Below, in pieces: positions 10,499-23,625 of a DNA stretch of 43,209 bases (its first letter is position 1; every line of letters starts with the position of its first letter). The notes under the pieces were generated by a model. The model had not been told where the DNA came from. It ran no database searches and saw nothing but the letters and a program-made list of their open reading frames with translations. The DNA is from Octopus bimaculoides (Eukaryota), in contig NC_068990.1 of the NCBI RefSeq assembly GCF_001194135.2, forward strand, positions 53,019,320-53,062,528, written 5' to 3'. The translations under genes were made by a program, and so were the position numbers.

Positions 10499-12312
10499 TT
10501 GTTCTGGTGCTGCTTTCTTCAGCAACACCAGAACAAGCTGTCACATCATGGATATTACACTTGGCCAAGGGTGAGACAATGAAGAGAGTGCCTATGTCTC
10601 CCTACCATCACCATCAGGTAGCCACCAAAAAACAAGCAAAACTGGGTTACAAGCTATCAGTCATACTTGTTGGCAAGTAATGGCTACACTTGCTTATATA
10701 TTTGTGTGTGTACCTAACACATTGAGTTGTAATTAGTTATCTGTAATAATGTCAAGTGTGTAACAATTTATAAGTTATATAAGTGGATGTGATAACAGTT
10801 GTAAATGTATGGAAGCTGTGTATTAAATGTTTGTGTGCGCACGAGTGCTGAAAGAAGCATTCTGTGGCTATAAAATTAGGTACATAGTTTTAAAGACTCT
10901 CTCCTCTGTAAGTATATTTCATAATATACATACAGCTTGCTGACAAATAAGCTTAATTTCTTAAGAATTATCACAAGTTCTGCAGTTTCATATTGTCGAT
11001 TAGGTTTTTTTGTTTTGTTTTGTTTTTGATGTTATTAGGGCAGAACAACACGATAGCATAAAACCTGGCACCACAAGAGTTTGGCAAAGTTTCAAATACC
11101 ATTTCACTTATTCTTTTTTCCTTCTAGTTTTTATCAGACTAGTATTTTTTTCTCCCTAGTTTCTAAAGATAAATATCTTGTAGTAGCTTCTTGTCCATTA
11201 CACACACACACACACAGATGCGCCCCCCCCACTCTCTCTCTCTTCTACAGCTGCCCACTCTTACACTATTCTCTTCTATTGTATACATGTAACGTTGTTA
11301 TGAAATCCTTTTTCTTCTTTATCTGATTTATTAAAAACATTTCTGGGGTTTTTTTTGTTATTTTTTTTTTATTTCTTCCTGTCTTAAGTATTCACAAACT
11401 CCATCATGCAAACTTCACCATTTTAGTTTCTTGCTTATGAAGATGTTTTCATAACCATTTACTGTTTATTTTTGCTGTAAGAGCTTGGGCAAGAATTGGT
11501 AATGATTTTTATTTCCCCCTACTCCATTTTACTCTGTTTTTAGACAATTCAACAATTATATATTTTTTCTTTCGATGGTAATTTCACTAAGAATCCATTC
11601 TCCCACTGAAGTAAAATTTAAATTCTCACCAAAATACAGAACTGAGAACAATCCATCCTTAGTTATCACCTAATTATTAATTATCAATAATATTAATACG
11701 CTAACTTTTTGCTTTTGTATGTACCTGTTGTGTATGTCACACTTACTTCAAAGAAGTGGCAAAGCGAGAGAGAGGACAAAGAGGAAGAAAGAGAGTGAGA
11801 GGGAAAGAGAGAGTGAGAGAGTGAAAGAGACAGTGAGTGGTGACGGCGTTCATTTTGTGTTTTTAAATGTTTACCACATTGCAAGAGAAGTAGATGGGAG
11901 AGAAGAGGGACACAAAGGAAGTGTAAGAGAAAGAGAGGAAGTGAGAGAGAGAGTAGATGCATAAATCTAAAGAAAAGTTCATAGATACATAGACACAGCA
12001 AATATTAGCTGTCAGTTTTACTTTTCATTACCACATGAGGAGAAAATTAACTCACAAATGGCTGAGTACTCCACAAACATGCATAATATTGACGTAGTTC
12101 TCAAGGAGATTCAGCCTCACACAGAGGCTAGCCCCTTTGAATTACAGCTACAACTTGAGACATATATATATGAATGTATTTGTGTGTGTGTATAGTTTAG
12201 GTTAGTGAAAGCATGTTTGCAATAATAAGTGTCACATGGTGGATTTAAACGCAATTACCAAGTTTTCATTCATAAATCCATTTATTATTTCGTTTTCTTG
12301 CATTTCAATTTG

Positions 12313-12997
12313 TACATTTCTACCCAGAAATTTTCAACAACTGCACACCAGAAGAAATGGAGAAACGAGTAATTTTATCTTCTAAAAATTCTGACTGTCT
12401 TGCAATAAATGAAAAAGTTCTTAATATTATACTAGAGGCACTTAAAACATACTTAAGCACAGATTCAGTGTCCTACATTAATGAAGAGGAGATTCAGAAC
12501 TATCCATTTGAATTCATAAATTCACTCACTCCATCCGGAAGCCTCCTCCGGTATGCCCTACTTAAAAGTAGGGGCTATTGTAATGCTGCTAAGAAATTAT
12601 GTAATGTAACTCGCATGAAAGTGCAAAGACTTCATGAATATTGTGTAGAGGCAGCATTGGTAACAGGCTCCAACAAAAGTCATACAGTTCTAATTCTTAG
12701 AATTAAACTCAGCCCAAGTGATGCAAATATTCCATTCACACTAAACAGACTTCAGTTTCCACTTCGATTTGCATATTCAATGACAATTAATAAGGCTCAA
12801 GGGCAAACATTTGAAAAAAGTTGGAATACATTTGCCTCAACAAGTATTTTCACATGGCCAATTATATGTCGCACTTTCAAGAGCACGAGCTATGAACAAT
12901 ATCAAAGTAAGAGTTATGACACTCAATTGGGGTAACAGACAAGGTTAAAAAAGGTGTGACATACTCACAAAATATTGTCTACCATGAAGTACTGTGA
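12313..12997 (+). pseudogene. Helitron RepHel PIF1-like helicase C-terminal fragment (frameshifted)
   Basis: YPFEFINSLTPSG, RLQFPLRFAYSMTINKAQGQT; shifted frame VFSHGQLYVALSR; ends NIVYHEVL* at 12997. Confidence 0.9.
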
Positions 12998-13169
12998 GGA
13001 AGACCACCGCACCAACTAGCATCACCACCACACCAGCCGCTCCATCATTGCGCATCCACATTACACCCTTAAGATCGGGGAACCAGTTAGGGGCTCACTG
13101 GATCTCTCTCGGCATACCAGGAAACCACAAAATTTCACCAGCCAGCTTCACCACTACCTCCAAGCCCAT

Positions 13170-13170
13170 C

Positions 13171-13221
<51 letters not shown>

Positions 13222-13455
13222 TGTATGTATGTATGTATGTATGTATGTATGTGTGTGTGTATGTCTGTATGTATGTATGTATGTGTGTGTGTTTGTGTTT
13301 GTCCCACCATTGCTTGACAGCCGATGTTGGTGCGTTTGCGTCCCTGTTATTTAGCTGTTCAGCAGAAGAGACTGATAGAATAAGCACCAGGCTTACAGGG
13401 AATAAGTACAGGGGTCAATTTCTTAGACTAACAAATGATTGAAACAAGTAAAAGA
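13170..13455 (+). mobile_element. (TA)n(TATG)n(TG)n microsatellite plus 3' half of the CORE-like tRNA SINE
   Basis: GTGTTTGTCCCACCATTGCTTGACAGCCGATG...GAAACAAGTAAAAGAATA matches 42980-43188. Confidence 0.8.
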
Positions 13456-13632
13456 ATATCAGAAAAACGTTCTGTACCACTAAACCAAGAAGGTTCTTTG
13501 AATATGTATGATGTATTTTAAGGTTAAATAGTAATTCCGTTTACGTTTGTGTAACTGAGATATTTTGGTTGGATTATATAGTCATTGATGTTACATTACT
13601 TTCGTATTCTGTAACTGTCACAATATACTTTT

Positions 13633-13780
13633 CTAGGCCTGAAATTTTTGTGGGGAGGGGAGGTGGCAGTTGATTAGATCAAACCCCAGTACACAACTGG
13701 CACTTAATTTACCGACCCCAAAAGAATGAAAATACAAGGTCGACCTTGGCAGAATTTGAACTCAGAACGTAAAGACAGAC
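13633..13780 (-). mobile_element. Deu/Nin-domain tRNA SINE fragment
   Basis: Reverse complement reads GAGTTCAAATTCTGCCAAGGTCGAC...TTTCATTCTTTTGGGGTCGGTAAATTAAGTGCCAG. Confidence 0.75.
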
Positions 13781-14359
13781 AGTCATAATATACAAACATT
13801 TCTCATGGTACCAGTACACTGTTTACAGATGCTTACATTTTTTATGTTTCCTCGTGAATTTTTCATGGGTCTAGCTAGTTATTATTATTATTATTGGGAA
13901 TTTATGGTGTTCCAGTCGGTTTAAAAACATGTTGCACTCATTTAAATGTAGATTGATCTGTTGTTTCTTGCATCTCCCCCTCCCCCAATACTACTTTCTG
14001 GCATCTCTCTGAGTAGCTAAGGAGCTTCTTTGTAGCTGTTTCTTCAGTATTAATGAGAACAAAGAAAGACAAACCAATGATGGCGAAGTCTTGGCCTTGA
14101 GTGCTGAAGTGAAAGTCATACAGTTCCTGTGCAATATGAAACAAGAGGACAATGTGTGTGAGTTGCTGCATGACAAGATATAAAATGGAGGAGGGGGAGA
14201 TGATTAGAATATCTGATGAACAAAACTGGATGGAATTTAAATTGTTAGTCATGTTATTTCTGATGGGTTAATCAAGTGAGTAGGAAATTTGAGTGTTTGG
14301 TTACCCAGCATTTGAATTTAACCACATACTGGTACTACACTTGATATGTTTAATAATAG

Positions 14360-14640
14360 TCGTTGTTGTCATTGTCTTCTTCTTCCACTAGCTGGCAGCC
14401 AGGGGCGAGGCTGTCATCTCAACCAATATGCTACTATGGGTGCTGCTGGATGATGGATTCTGGTGAGGATGTTATTCTACACTTCTTTATCCATGAAGCT
14501 GGCCTTAGTATGCTCAAGGTCGAAGTGCTGCAACTTCAGGTCTTCCTCAATTTATTTTGTCCATGGGACAATGTTGGCATTAGATTTGAGTTCTTAACAA
14601 CCTTCAGGAAGTAGTTTTATCTTTTTTACTCAGATGTTTA
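14360..14640 (-). mobile_element. Decayed LINE 3' end (RTE-like)
   Basis: Minus-strand WTK*IEEDLK...MDKEV*NNIL resembles the RTE W..V..DL..DR..W motif, followed by a GAA/GACAAT-like tail. Confidence 0.3.
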
Positions 14641-16059
14641 GCTTATTGGTTCCATAGTAGCCAGTACTGGTGTAAGTATTGGTGTACAGACAGATGTATC
14701 TAGGAAGAGTATACAAGACAAAGATCAGCCACTGACAGCAAAGGGGTATAGGTATAATAGATGGTTCAACAACATCTAGGCTTCAGGTGTCCTCTACTTG
14801 AGTTTTTGACTCAATTCTCTGACTGTTTGATACACTGGAGATCAACTACAAAATTACTGGTACATTCCACAGGGTGAGTTAAAATCCCTCCACCTCCAGT
14901 ATTTTGTAGGAAACTATTGATTACTTTAATAAATCATCGTATGCATGAAACAACATACATATTCATTCTTAATGTTCCAACAGATTTGAGCATGCATACC
15001 CTAATCACTGTTACACATTTCACAACTTCAGCAATATTATTCTGCATATCATAAACTATTTTAAATGACATGCTACAACTGGAAGATATGGTCTGCAGCT
15101 AAGGTGACAAAATTTGTTTTGGCTTTTGAGCTTATGACTAACATAGTATTTGAGACTTGAATGTGTTACAAGTTTGAAATTACTATTTGTATAGTCTTTG
15201 AGGCGTGTATGGTTGTAAAACATGAGATTTATCATGATTGAAGAAGACTAAGTTGAGCTTGGTTCACTGGAGAAAACTAAGTTGAGCTTGGTTCACCTGA
15301 TGGTCAGTATAGTGTTTTCTTTGTTATTATTATCATCACTCACACCCTGGTATGTTCTTAATGTGGTTTGATTAGTTAATTTACTGTTGAAATAATACAT
15401 CACTAGAATCTCTGATAGTTTTACATGTTCATTATTATTTTTTCTTTTATAATTGCCTAATTATCATAGTCAAATGTTTTTGTTTTTTCCTAATTTACAG
15501 GCAGATATTTTTTATTTATTTATTACTTATTGTTTCTGGTTTTATTTTTATAGTAAGGAATACAAAGTCACAGGAGGTTTCTCTCCCCACCCTCTCTCTC
15601 AAATGACAGATGAGATCTTTAGTGCCAAACTGGATTTTGTTTGAAATATGACTATTTCTTTATCAACTAAACCAAATTGTTGGTGATATGTCCTTCATGC
15701 CACATAACTTTCTACTGTGCCTAATGTGTAATATTGAGAGTTCTTTTTTATGAAAGTTGTCATTTATTAAATAAATTATATTATGAGAAATTAAAATATA
15801 GGCAAGTTAAATATTACTAACAAATCATTTATTACCCCTTTTATTTTCCAATTAGGACTGTTTACCTCTTTGTCTGGTTTATATCAGAAATCCTGAGGCC
15901 TAACTTAATATTAAAATCCTGAGTTTTTTTTTTTTTTAAACCTTTTGTTGCTACATTGCTAATGGAATAATACATTATTACTGTGTTTCAATCAGTTTTG
16001 GAAATAATCAAAAGTTTGGATGGCTTTTGTAAAGTAAATATTAATATTTTTCAATATTA

Positions 16060-16275
16060 AAGGTGGTAAGCTGACAGAATTGTTAGCATGCTGGGCAAAA
16101 TGCTTAGCAGCATTTTGTCTGTTTTTACATTCTGAGTCCAAATTCTGCTGTGGTCAACTTTGCCTTTCATCCTTTTGGTGTCGATAAAATAAGTACCAGT
16201 TGAACACTGGGGTTGATGTAAATCAACTGAACCTCTCTCCTGAAAGTGCTGGTCTTGTGCTAATGTTTGAAACCA
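16060..16275 (+). mobile_element. Deu/Nin-domain tRNA SINE
   Basis: CTTTGCCTTTCATCCTTTTGGTGTCGATAAAATAAGTACCAG core, preceded by a tRNA-like head. Confidence 0.8.
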
Positions 16276-16395
16276 GTATAGTTAGTATTAAGCTGACATT
16301 TAGAATGTAAGTCCTGACATGAAATTAAAGTGAAAGATTCTATGTTAGATAGAATCCATTTAAAACTTGATGTTTTCTTTCTTTTTTTTTAATCA

Positions 16396-16748
16396 TAGGT
16401 GCAGGAGTAGTTATGTGATAAGAAGCTTGCTTCCCAACCACATGCTTCCCAACCACATGCTTCTGGGTTTNNNNNNNNNNNNNNNNNNNNNNNNNNNNNN
16501 NNNNNNNNNNNNNNNNNNNNNNNNATATATATTTATGTGTGTATTTGTGTTTGTCCCCCCTCACCTTCACTTGACAACTGATGTTGGTGTGTTTGCATCC
16601 CTGTAACTTAGTGGCTCAGCAAAAGAGACCGATAGAACAAGTACTAGGCTTACAAAGAATAAGTCCTGGGGTCTATTTGTTTGACTAAAAGTGGTGCTCC
16701 AGCATGACTGCAGTCAAATGACTGAAACAAATAAAAGAATAAAAGAAA
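16396..16748 (+). mobile_element. CORE-like tRNA SINE interrupted by an N gap
   Basis: Head and tail match 42773-43188. The head contains a 16-bp tandem duplication of GCTTCCCAACCACAT. Confidence 0.8.
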
Positions 16749-17192
16749 AAAAAGGAAAAAAGAATAGAATAAGGACTGGTCTCCAGTAGGTTGATATTAG
16801 AAAGGTTAAAGTCTTCATGTTTCTTCTGAATTCTGAAAATGTATGAGTAACAGATACAGTTCAATTCTATTTTGTAAACAGTTTTCTTGAGTTTTATGGT
16901 AGTCTCCTTCAATGATTGAGAGTTCATCTTGCTGAACAACTTGCATGATGAATATTGTTATAGTGAGCTTGGTTTGTGCAAAGCTATTCCCACTCTCTCA
17001 TCATTCAAACTTGTATTGGTCTGGTGCAACAAATGTCATGAGCCTAGTAGTTATTGCAATGCAGGATTTGTATGGAGTTACCTACTCGTAGATGAATAAC
17101 TAAAGAACTAAAGGGCCACATTTACTCTGGGTCTGTTGGGGTGTCTGTGAGCAACCATCTTCTGGAGACAATTCTCTGACATGCTAATTATA

Positions 17193-17456
17193 TCAGGTTG
17201 AGTAAAAAGTAAGCAACGTTTTGAACCATGAAGAATTTGTACTGAAATTTTGCAGAGTTTTCAATTTTTTTTCAACATTACAATTGTCTGATAGTATGGA
17301 CATAGACTGGCTCAAATGCATCAATAAATTAACATTGATATTTTTTTCACCATTGTTATAATCATCTGAACTGGAACTGTCAAAGCTTAATATTCAAGCA
17401 ATTTTGCTATTCCACTTCAAAAAGGACGTAAAACAGTTGAAGCTGCTAGTGATATA
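17193..17456 (+). mobile_element. Mariner 5' remnant (TIR plus transposase N-terminus)
   Basis: TA|TCAGGTTGAGTAAAAAGTAAGCAACGTTTT resembles mariner TIRs; 17371-17456 encodes LELSKLNIQAILLFHFKK/GRKTVEAASDI with one frameshift. Confidence 0.7.
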
Positions 17457-18475
17457 CCCTGGAACTCCCAAGAAGGGAATTAAGAAATGTTGCCACTCCT
17501 ATATTTTTGTATGGTATAGGGTGTATCTATTGTGTAGGTGTATCTCAGAGTGAAACAGGAACCAAACTCTATGGTATAATAGACTGAAACAACCATCAAT
17601 ATTTTTGAAAATGATTAAACTGTGTGCAAATATGAAATACTGTCTGCTGCAAATTATTTAACAAATGTTTCTTTATTTCAAGAAAGACATATTTTTTTTC
17701 TCATTTGAATTTATTTAGTTAGAAGGAAGGGGTGGTGTATATGATTTGAGGAGAGGCATTTAAAAAATTTTTTATAATTTTTTTTTTTTTATAGAAGATT
17801 GAATTCTGAATCACAGGGAATACTGGAGTATGTGCCTAATGGTGATACAAACTTCTAAGGCAAAACCTGTGGATTCAGATACCTGTACTGCCTTCTAGTG
17901 GCAAGTACTGGAACTCTTTGAGGATTGGCAACGTTACTGATGAGCAACAGTGTGACAATTGCTTTTGTTATCAAATTGTGTGACAGCTCCAAATCCTTGC
18001 AGCAAAGTGAAGTTAATTAAATGCATGCCCCCCCCCCCCGCACGCACACAATGGGCTTCTTTCAGCTTCTGTCTACTAGATCCTATCACAGAGTACTATG
18101 TATTGGGACTGGACCTTAAACAACATGGCTGGGAAGCAAGGTTCTTAACCATACAGTGTGTGTGTGTGAGTGAGGTTTATTGTTTCCAACCAAATGTTAA
18201 TCTCCATCTCTTCTAACACAAACTTCTTCTCTCCTCTGTTCTTTCTTATTCATCTCCCACTCTCCCTTTCTGGGCTATGGGTAGTGACCTTCTTTGTAAA
18301 CAAATATTTAAAAAGAAAAATAAATACCTTGTTATATCCCTGGTTACTGATAATTAAAACTTCCAGTCTCTTAATAGTTCAAATATAAGTTGTTTAGAAT
18401 ATTGAAACTAATTGCTCTCCTGATTTGCTTGTTTAACAATTTGCTTGTAACCACCAGCCAGTGAAACATGCCACA

Positions 18476-18476
<1 letters not shown>

Positions 18477-18530
<54 letters not shown>
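18477..18530. repeat. (GC)n(CA)n microsatellite
   Basis: Direct reading. Confidence 0.95.
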
Positions 18531-18533
<3 letters not shown>

Positions 18534-18635
18534 ATACCCCCTCTCTCTCAAAGGGAGGCTCAACAAACAAATGTCTACAACAATGATTGTTAAATCTTCC
18601 CATGGGAATTAATGAAAACTTCTTGTTTAATTCAC

Positions 18636-18826
18636 CAGGGAATTTCAGATTCCATTATTTTTGTGTTTTTTATCCTTTTCTTTGTTTCACCCCCTTCCTC
18701 TACACACTGAGTTTTCCTCTCACTGGTTTCTATTAAAAATCTATTTTGTTTTAAACAAAATTTAAACCATTCCCTGTTTATTCTCAAGTCAGTAAGAGAG
18801 AAACTATGGTAATTCTTACAGTACAC
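18636..18826 (-). other. Candidate internal exon of unknown product
   Basis: TTATTTTTCAG| acceptor, 191-nt open frame (VYCKNYHSFSLTDLRINREW...ESEIP), CTG|GTGAAT donor. No recognised homology, so it may be chance. Confidence 0.15.
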
Positions 18827-19724
18827 CTGAAAAATAAATGGATGAGTTATGGCTGGAGTAACTTTCATCATAGGTTTGTTGCACTGAGGCTGACCTAGGT
18901 CTAAATAACAGCAACTGGTATTTTAGGATAGAAATTATTGGAAAGTGTGTTTGTGATGTGGACTTGGTTTAGTATAGATGATGATGGTTGGGGTGTGAGA
19001 AACTCAGTGTCAGTTTTTTTATATGATGTTTGGGTATGTGTGTCATGGTTAGGAAATCAAATCCTACTAAGGTGGCAGGTGAGGGTGGTAGAGAGGTGGT
19101 TGTCTGCTTTTCACAAAATGACCTTTCTTCTAGTGGAACATGTTCAGTTCTTGCATTTTTATCTATGATCTGATAATTAATTAATTAGCAGCATTGCTGA
19201 TTAGATTTCTCTGTCTTCATCTATTTACCATTCAGCTCCTGCTTTTCTGTAGTTGTGTGTCTGTTTCTCTCGTTCATCAAAAGTCTCTTTGTATCTACCT
19301 CTCTCCAATTTCTCTCTCACTCTTCTTTTACCTTATCTTTTTTTTATTATTTCTTACCCACTCCCAACTTTCTCTCTGCCCCATATCACTTTCTCTTCTA
19401 CCATTTCCTATAAAACACAGCAGACATCATTCAGTGTTAGACCTGTTCACTTCTCATAAGTAATGGTAAAGCAGAAATGGTTGTGGCTAAAAACGATAAA
19501 ATAATTTTCAGTAGAAATAATTTTTATTTTAGTATTTTCTACTTAATGTCACTGTTGTCTTTCTAGTTCTCTGTCTTCACTTTCTTCTCTCTTATTGGTG
19601 TGTGTACATGTGTATATGTATGTATATGTAAGAGTGTGTGTGTGTGTATATATATATATATACATATATATANNNNNNNNNNTGTGTGTAAAGTGTTAGG
19701 TGTGATGTACAAAATTAAATATTG

Positions 19725-19763
<39 letters not shown>

Positions 19764-22280
19764 GACAGACAGATAGATAGATAGAATCAATACTGTATTC
19801 AAATAGCAATCAATCAATAATAACTCAACTTTTCTAGCGTTTCTTGATTCGTTACCGTAACATAATATAAATTACATATGTAATTCACCACACTCAAACT
19901 GGATGATAGCCGTTATGCTGTTGTTTTCCAGATCTGATTATTATTATCATTATTATTATTTTGTTGTTGTAGTATATGATTGCTAGCTAACTTTTGACAT
20001 TGATTGGTTTGGAATACTTTCCATAGAAATGATGAACATGTTTATAATTTTTTTTTTTTTTTTTGTAATTTTAAATTCTGTTCCATTTCATTTTCATATT
20101 ACATTTTAAGCTCTTAACTTATATGAATCAACAATATTGCTTTTTACAGTTCTGTCTGCCTATTTCTGTCTCACCTCTTTTTTTTCCTGTGGTTCTTAGG
20201 ATTCTTACTGTATTTTGTATGTGTGTGTGTGTGTATGTGTGATATGCTGTTAGATATAATATGCAGTAGTTGTACATAATATGGAGCAGCCCAGTTGTAG
20301 AGAGCCAGTGCCTGTTTATAGTAGTTGTACCTCTATAAATAAATGGTTAACAGTGTATCTGAGTACAACTTGAATGGTTTCAGTAGTGCAGTATATAAGG
20401 AAAAGCTCTTTTCAGGAATACAAAACTTTATTTGTTAATCCTTGTTGATAAATAATTAGTAAAGAGAATTCTCTGTGAACCAAGTCACCACACTGTGTGC
20501 CAAGTCTTAGATGGTGCTGTGTCTGGTTATACAAAATATACACTACCATCTTTATCTCAGTTATAGCTGATAACAAACTAGTTCAGTTATCAGCTAAAAC
20601 TGAAACTATTAAATGAAATGTAATGTACCATTTTGCTTTTTAAACTGATGTTTTTTGGAGATTTTTTCTCTCCTTTTTCTCTGAAGAATGATATCTATTT
20701 CACCAATTATCATTGAACTGATATATATTTCTTTCTTAACAAAGGTACCCATCCCACTACCATTTTTCTTTTCTGAAGTCTGAGTCATTCATTTTTAGGA
20801 CATTAAGCCAATGGGAATTGTACCTACACCTGTATTGGAAACTTGTTCATTGGAAATAGTTGTAGATTCATGAACCACTGACTGCAATATCAGTAACCTG
20901 TCAACAACAATGTATTCTAGTTCTCCCACCTGTTAGCTAATCTCTTTGTTACCTTGAAATAAAAGACCATGTTGACTTATATGCAATACAAGCCTCACTA
21001 CCTTATACTTGTTATTGAAAAAAATCCATCATTTCCTGCATTTTAGCTCTACTAATCCCAACTGATATCAATTATCGTCATGTACTTTCGACACTTTTGT
21101 ATTTTGCTTTCCTGTCACAGTTGGCATCATAAACCAATGAACTATTTGTTAGTTTCTAATTAGAATCTTCAGCACTTTTACCAAAGTAAAGCTTGGTGCT
21201 GGTTACATGATATGAATTTGTGAAACTTGAACAAATTTCATATTCTGAGAAGTAAATGTTGACATTTTGTACACTGGACTCTTTTGTTTTCTTTTTTTCT
21301 TTTCCTTTTACATTCTATAGGTTTTCAAACCTTCATATGATGGACTGAAATCTTTTTTATTCATTGCTTTTTCACTTTTATCTGGTCAGAAGATAGTGAT
21401 TACTATATTTATACAACAGCAAAAGCTGCATCTGTTGTGTATTTATTGTAATCTTAGTTTGATAAACATGATGCACTCATTAAAAATACATCACATGGAT
21501 GAGGGATGTCATTTCTTGCTCAACTGTTTTTTTAAATTTAAAAAATTCTTTTCTTTTAAAGCTCCATTTCATTTGAATTTTTGCCATTTGATTTCATTTG
21601 ATTTTGCCATTCATCTTTTCACTGACAATAAAATATCTCTAATATCAATGAATATTTTCTAATGGCTTTATTTAGAAATAAAGTTTTCAGTTTCGTTGTA
21701 GAATTACAGAAAAATATGGGAGGTAATAAATTTTACAGTTTAAACATTTATTTTGTTATCAATGTATAAAGAAAAATACTGTCAAATAAAAATGGGTAGT
21801 TAAAAGTGAGGAAGCAAAGTGATTGATATATTTAATTTGATTTAAAAAAATTAGAGTTTGTGTATACATAGAAAACAAAACATAATGTTATGTAGTTTGT
21901 GTAACATATAAATTTCATGATGTTGAAATATTTGGGGGAGAAACACAGAGAAAGTAGGTAATAGTGTTACTTAGTTGTGAAAATGCAGCTCTGTGCTAAT
22001 AAAAAAGTATATCACAGAAAGATTTGTGTTGAAAGCTGGGAGAACTTTAGGATTGTTGGAACAGTTTATGATGGGGGAGCAGTGATTGATCAGGAAAAAA
22101 GACTCCACCTCCTTCCTTTTACATAATTTTCTAGAATGGTCTGTCTGTGTGCCAAAAGTGGAAACTAAAGAAGAGTCTCTTTGTGACTGAAAAGAAAGGG
22201 ATTGGCCTCACTTGTCTCAGTTCTGATTGGCACAACTATTCTGGAACTATGTAAATATACATATGTGTGTGTGTATTATA

Positions 22281-22331
<51 letters not shown>

Positions 22332-22335
<4 letters not shown>

Positions 22336-23584
22336 CAACCAAGTTCCCGCCATTTAAAAAAAAATTTGAATTAAAAAAAAAGTTTAATAAAAAATAACAA
22401 CAATTAATTTATTAATAATGTATTCACCCTTGTTGTTAACAACTTCTTCCCAACGTTCAACAAAATTTTCAATACCTCGTTGGTAGAAATCACCCGACTT
22501 TGACTCGAAAAATTGATCCAACCGAGCTCTCAATTCTGCATCAGTATTGAATGAAACTCTGCGCATAGCATTTGAAAGAGATCGAAAGAGGTGGAAATCC
22601 ATTGGTGCCAAATCAAGAGAGTACAACGGGTGTGGCAACACTTCCCAGCCATGCATTTGAATGGCTTCCTTGGTCATATTGGCGATATGAGGGCGGGCGT
22701 TGTCGTGCAGCAGAAGAACTCCATGCTGCCGATTAGGTTTTTTTCTCTTGAATAGCCATGTTGAGTCATTCCATCTGTTGAACATAGAGTTCCGCATTGA
22801 CCGTTTGGTTCTGTTCAAGCAATTTATAATGGATAATCCCTTCCCAGTCCCACCATATGCACAACATCGTTTTATGCGGATGAAGATCTTGTTTCACATG
22901 TGGTGTCGCTTGTTTACTGGGGCTAAGTCATTCCTTACACTGCTTCATATCGATGTACAGGCATTATTTTTTGTCACCAGTAACGATTCGGTAAAGAAAT
23001 TGTTGCTTGTGTCCATGAGCTGAGTGGTGACGAGTAAGCAAGCCAGCAGAGATTGTGGCTCATTGATTTTTGTTGTTGTCACTTAAAGCATGCAAAACCC
23101 ATGCTCCAAGATGCTTCTCTATAGCAGTGTGGGAGCATTCCATTTTCTCTGCTAGCTCCCTTGTCGTTTGACGAGAATTTTCGTGCAAAACCTGGTTTAA
23201 TCGCTCTTCATCGAACTCAACTGGATGGCCAGAATGAGGTGCATCTTTGAGGTCCAAATTTCCATTTTTGAACTTGGCATACCAATCACAAGCGGTTCTT
23301 TCAGCTATGGCATCCTCTCCATACACAGCACACGTATCGCGAGCAGCTTTTGTGGCCTTAGAACTTTGATTAAAAGCAAAAAAGAAGGAGGTGTTGATAA
23401 TGCTCGTTTTTCTTAACTTTACATTCCATTTTAATGATCTGAAAATAGACAAAAATTAACTAAAATTAATTAGATAAAAAACAAAATAGATTCCAGAATG
23501 ATTCAAAAATAGAATTCTCGAAAAAAATAGATTCCAAAATAAAAAAAAAAAAAACTTTTGCAGGAACTTTGTTGCCAACTCAAT
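22332..23584 (-). mobile_element. Near-full-length mariner (D,D34D) with decayed transposase
   Basis: TIR cores TTGGCAACCAAGTTCCCGC (22332) and GCAGGAACTTTGTTGCCAA (23560-23578); TA-repeat flanks; motifs IVTGD, HDNARPH, YSLDLAPMDFHLF with 34 residues between the second and third D; ATG at 23429; stops and frameshifts. Confidence 0.93.
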
Positions 23585-23592
23585 ATATATAT

Positions 23593-23625
23593 ACTAGCAT
23601 TGCATCCTGACACTGCCCGGGTGTT
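23593..23625 (+). mobile_element. Possible Helentron/DINE-like 5' end
   Basis: T|ACTAGC...CCTGACACTGCCCGGG resembles the subterminal hairpin of such elements. No 3' end found. Confidence 0.25.

Larger units (their letters stand above)
12313..13878 (+). mobile_element. Helitron remnant (helicase C-terminus to 3' terminus) with nested SINEs
   Basis: PIF1-like helicase motifs, plus 3' hairpin CCTCGTGAA/TTCATGGG (13850-13869) followed by CTAG|T at 13875-13879. Confidence 0.75.

Noticed and set aside
13095-13442. Overlapping ORFs with YVCM/HTYI repeats (similar cases at 7496-7885, 26117-26502, 32676-33154, 34723-35007)
   Set aside because: Translations of microsatellites.
13938-14252. 104-aa and 61-aa minus-strand ORFs
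   Set aside because: No recognisable domain, and no frame is better supported than the others.
20620-20800. Possible DNA transposon internal fragment
   Set aside because: No TIR, TSD or coding motif visible, so it cannot be supported from this window.
21321-21662. Open frame after a polypyrimidine/AG acceptor
   Set aside because: Low-complexity F/I/L/K-rich translation typical of AT-rich non-coding DNA, with no homology cues.
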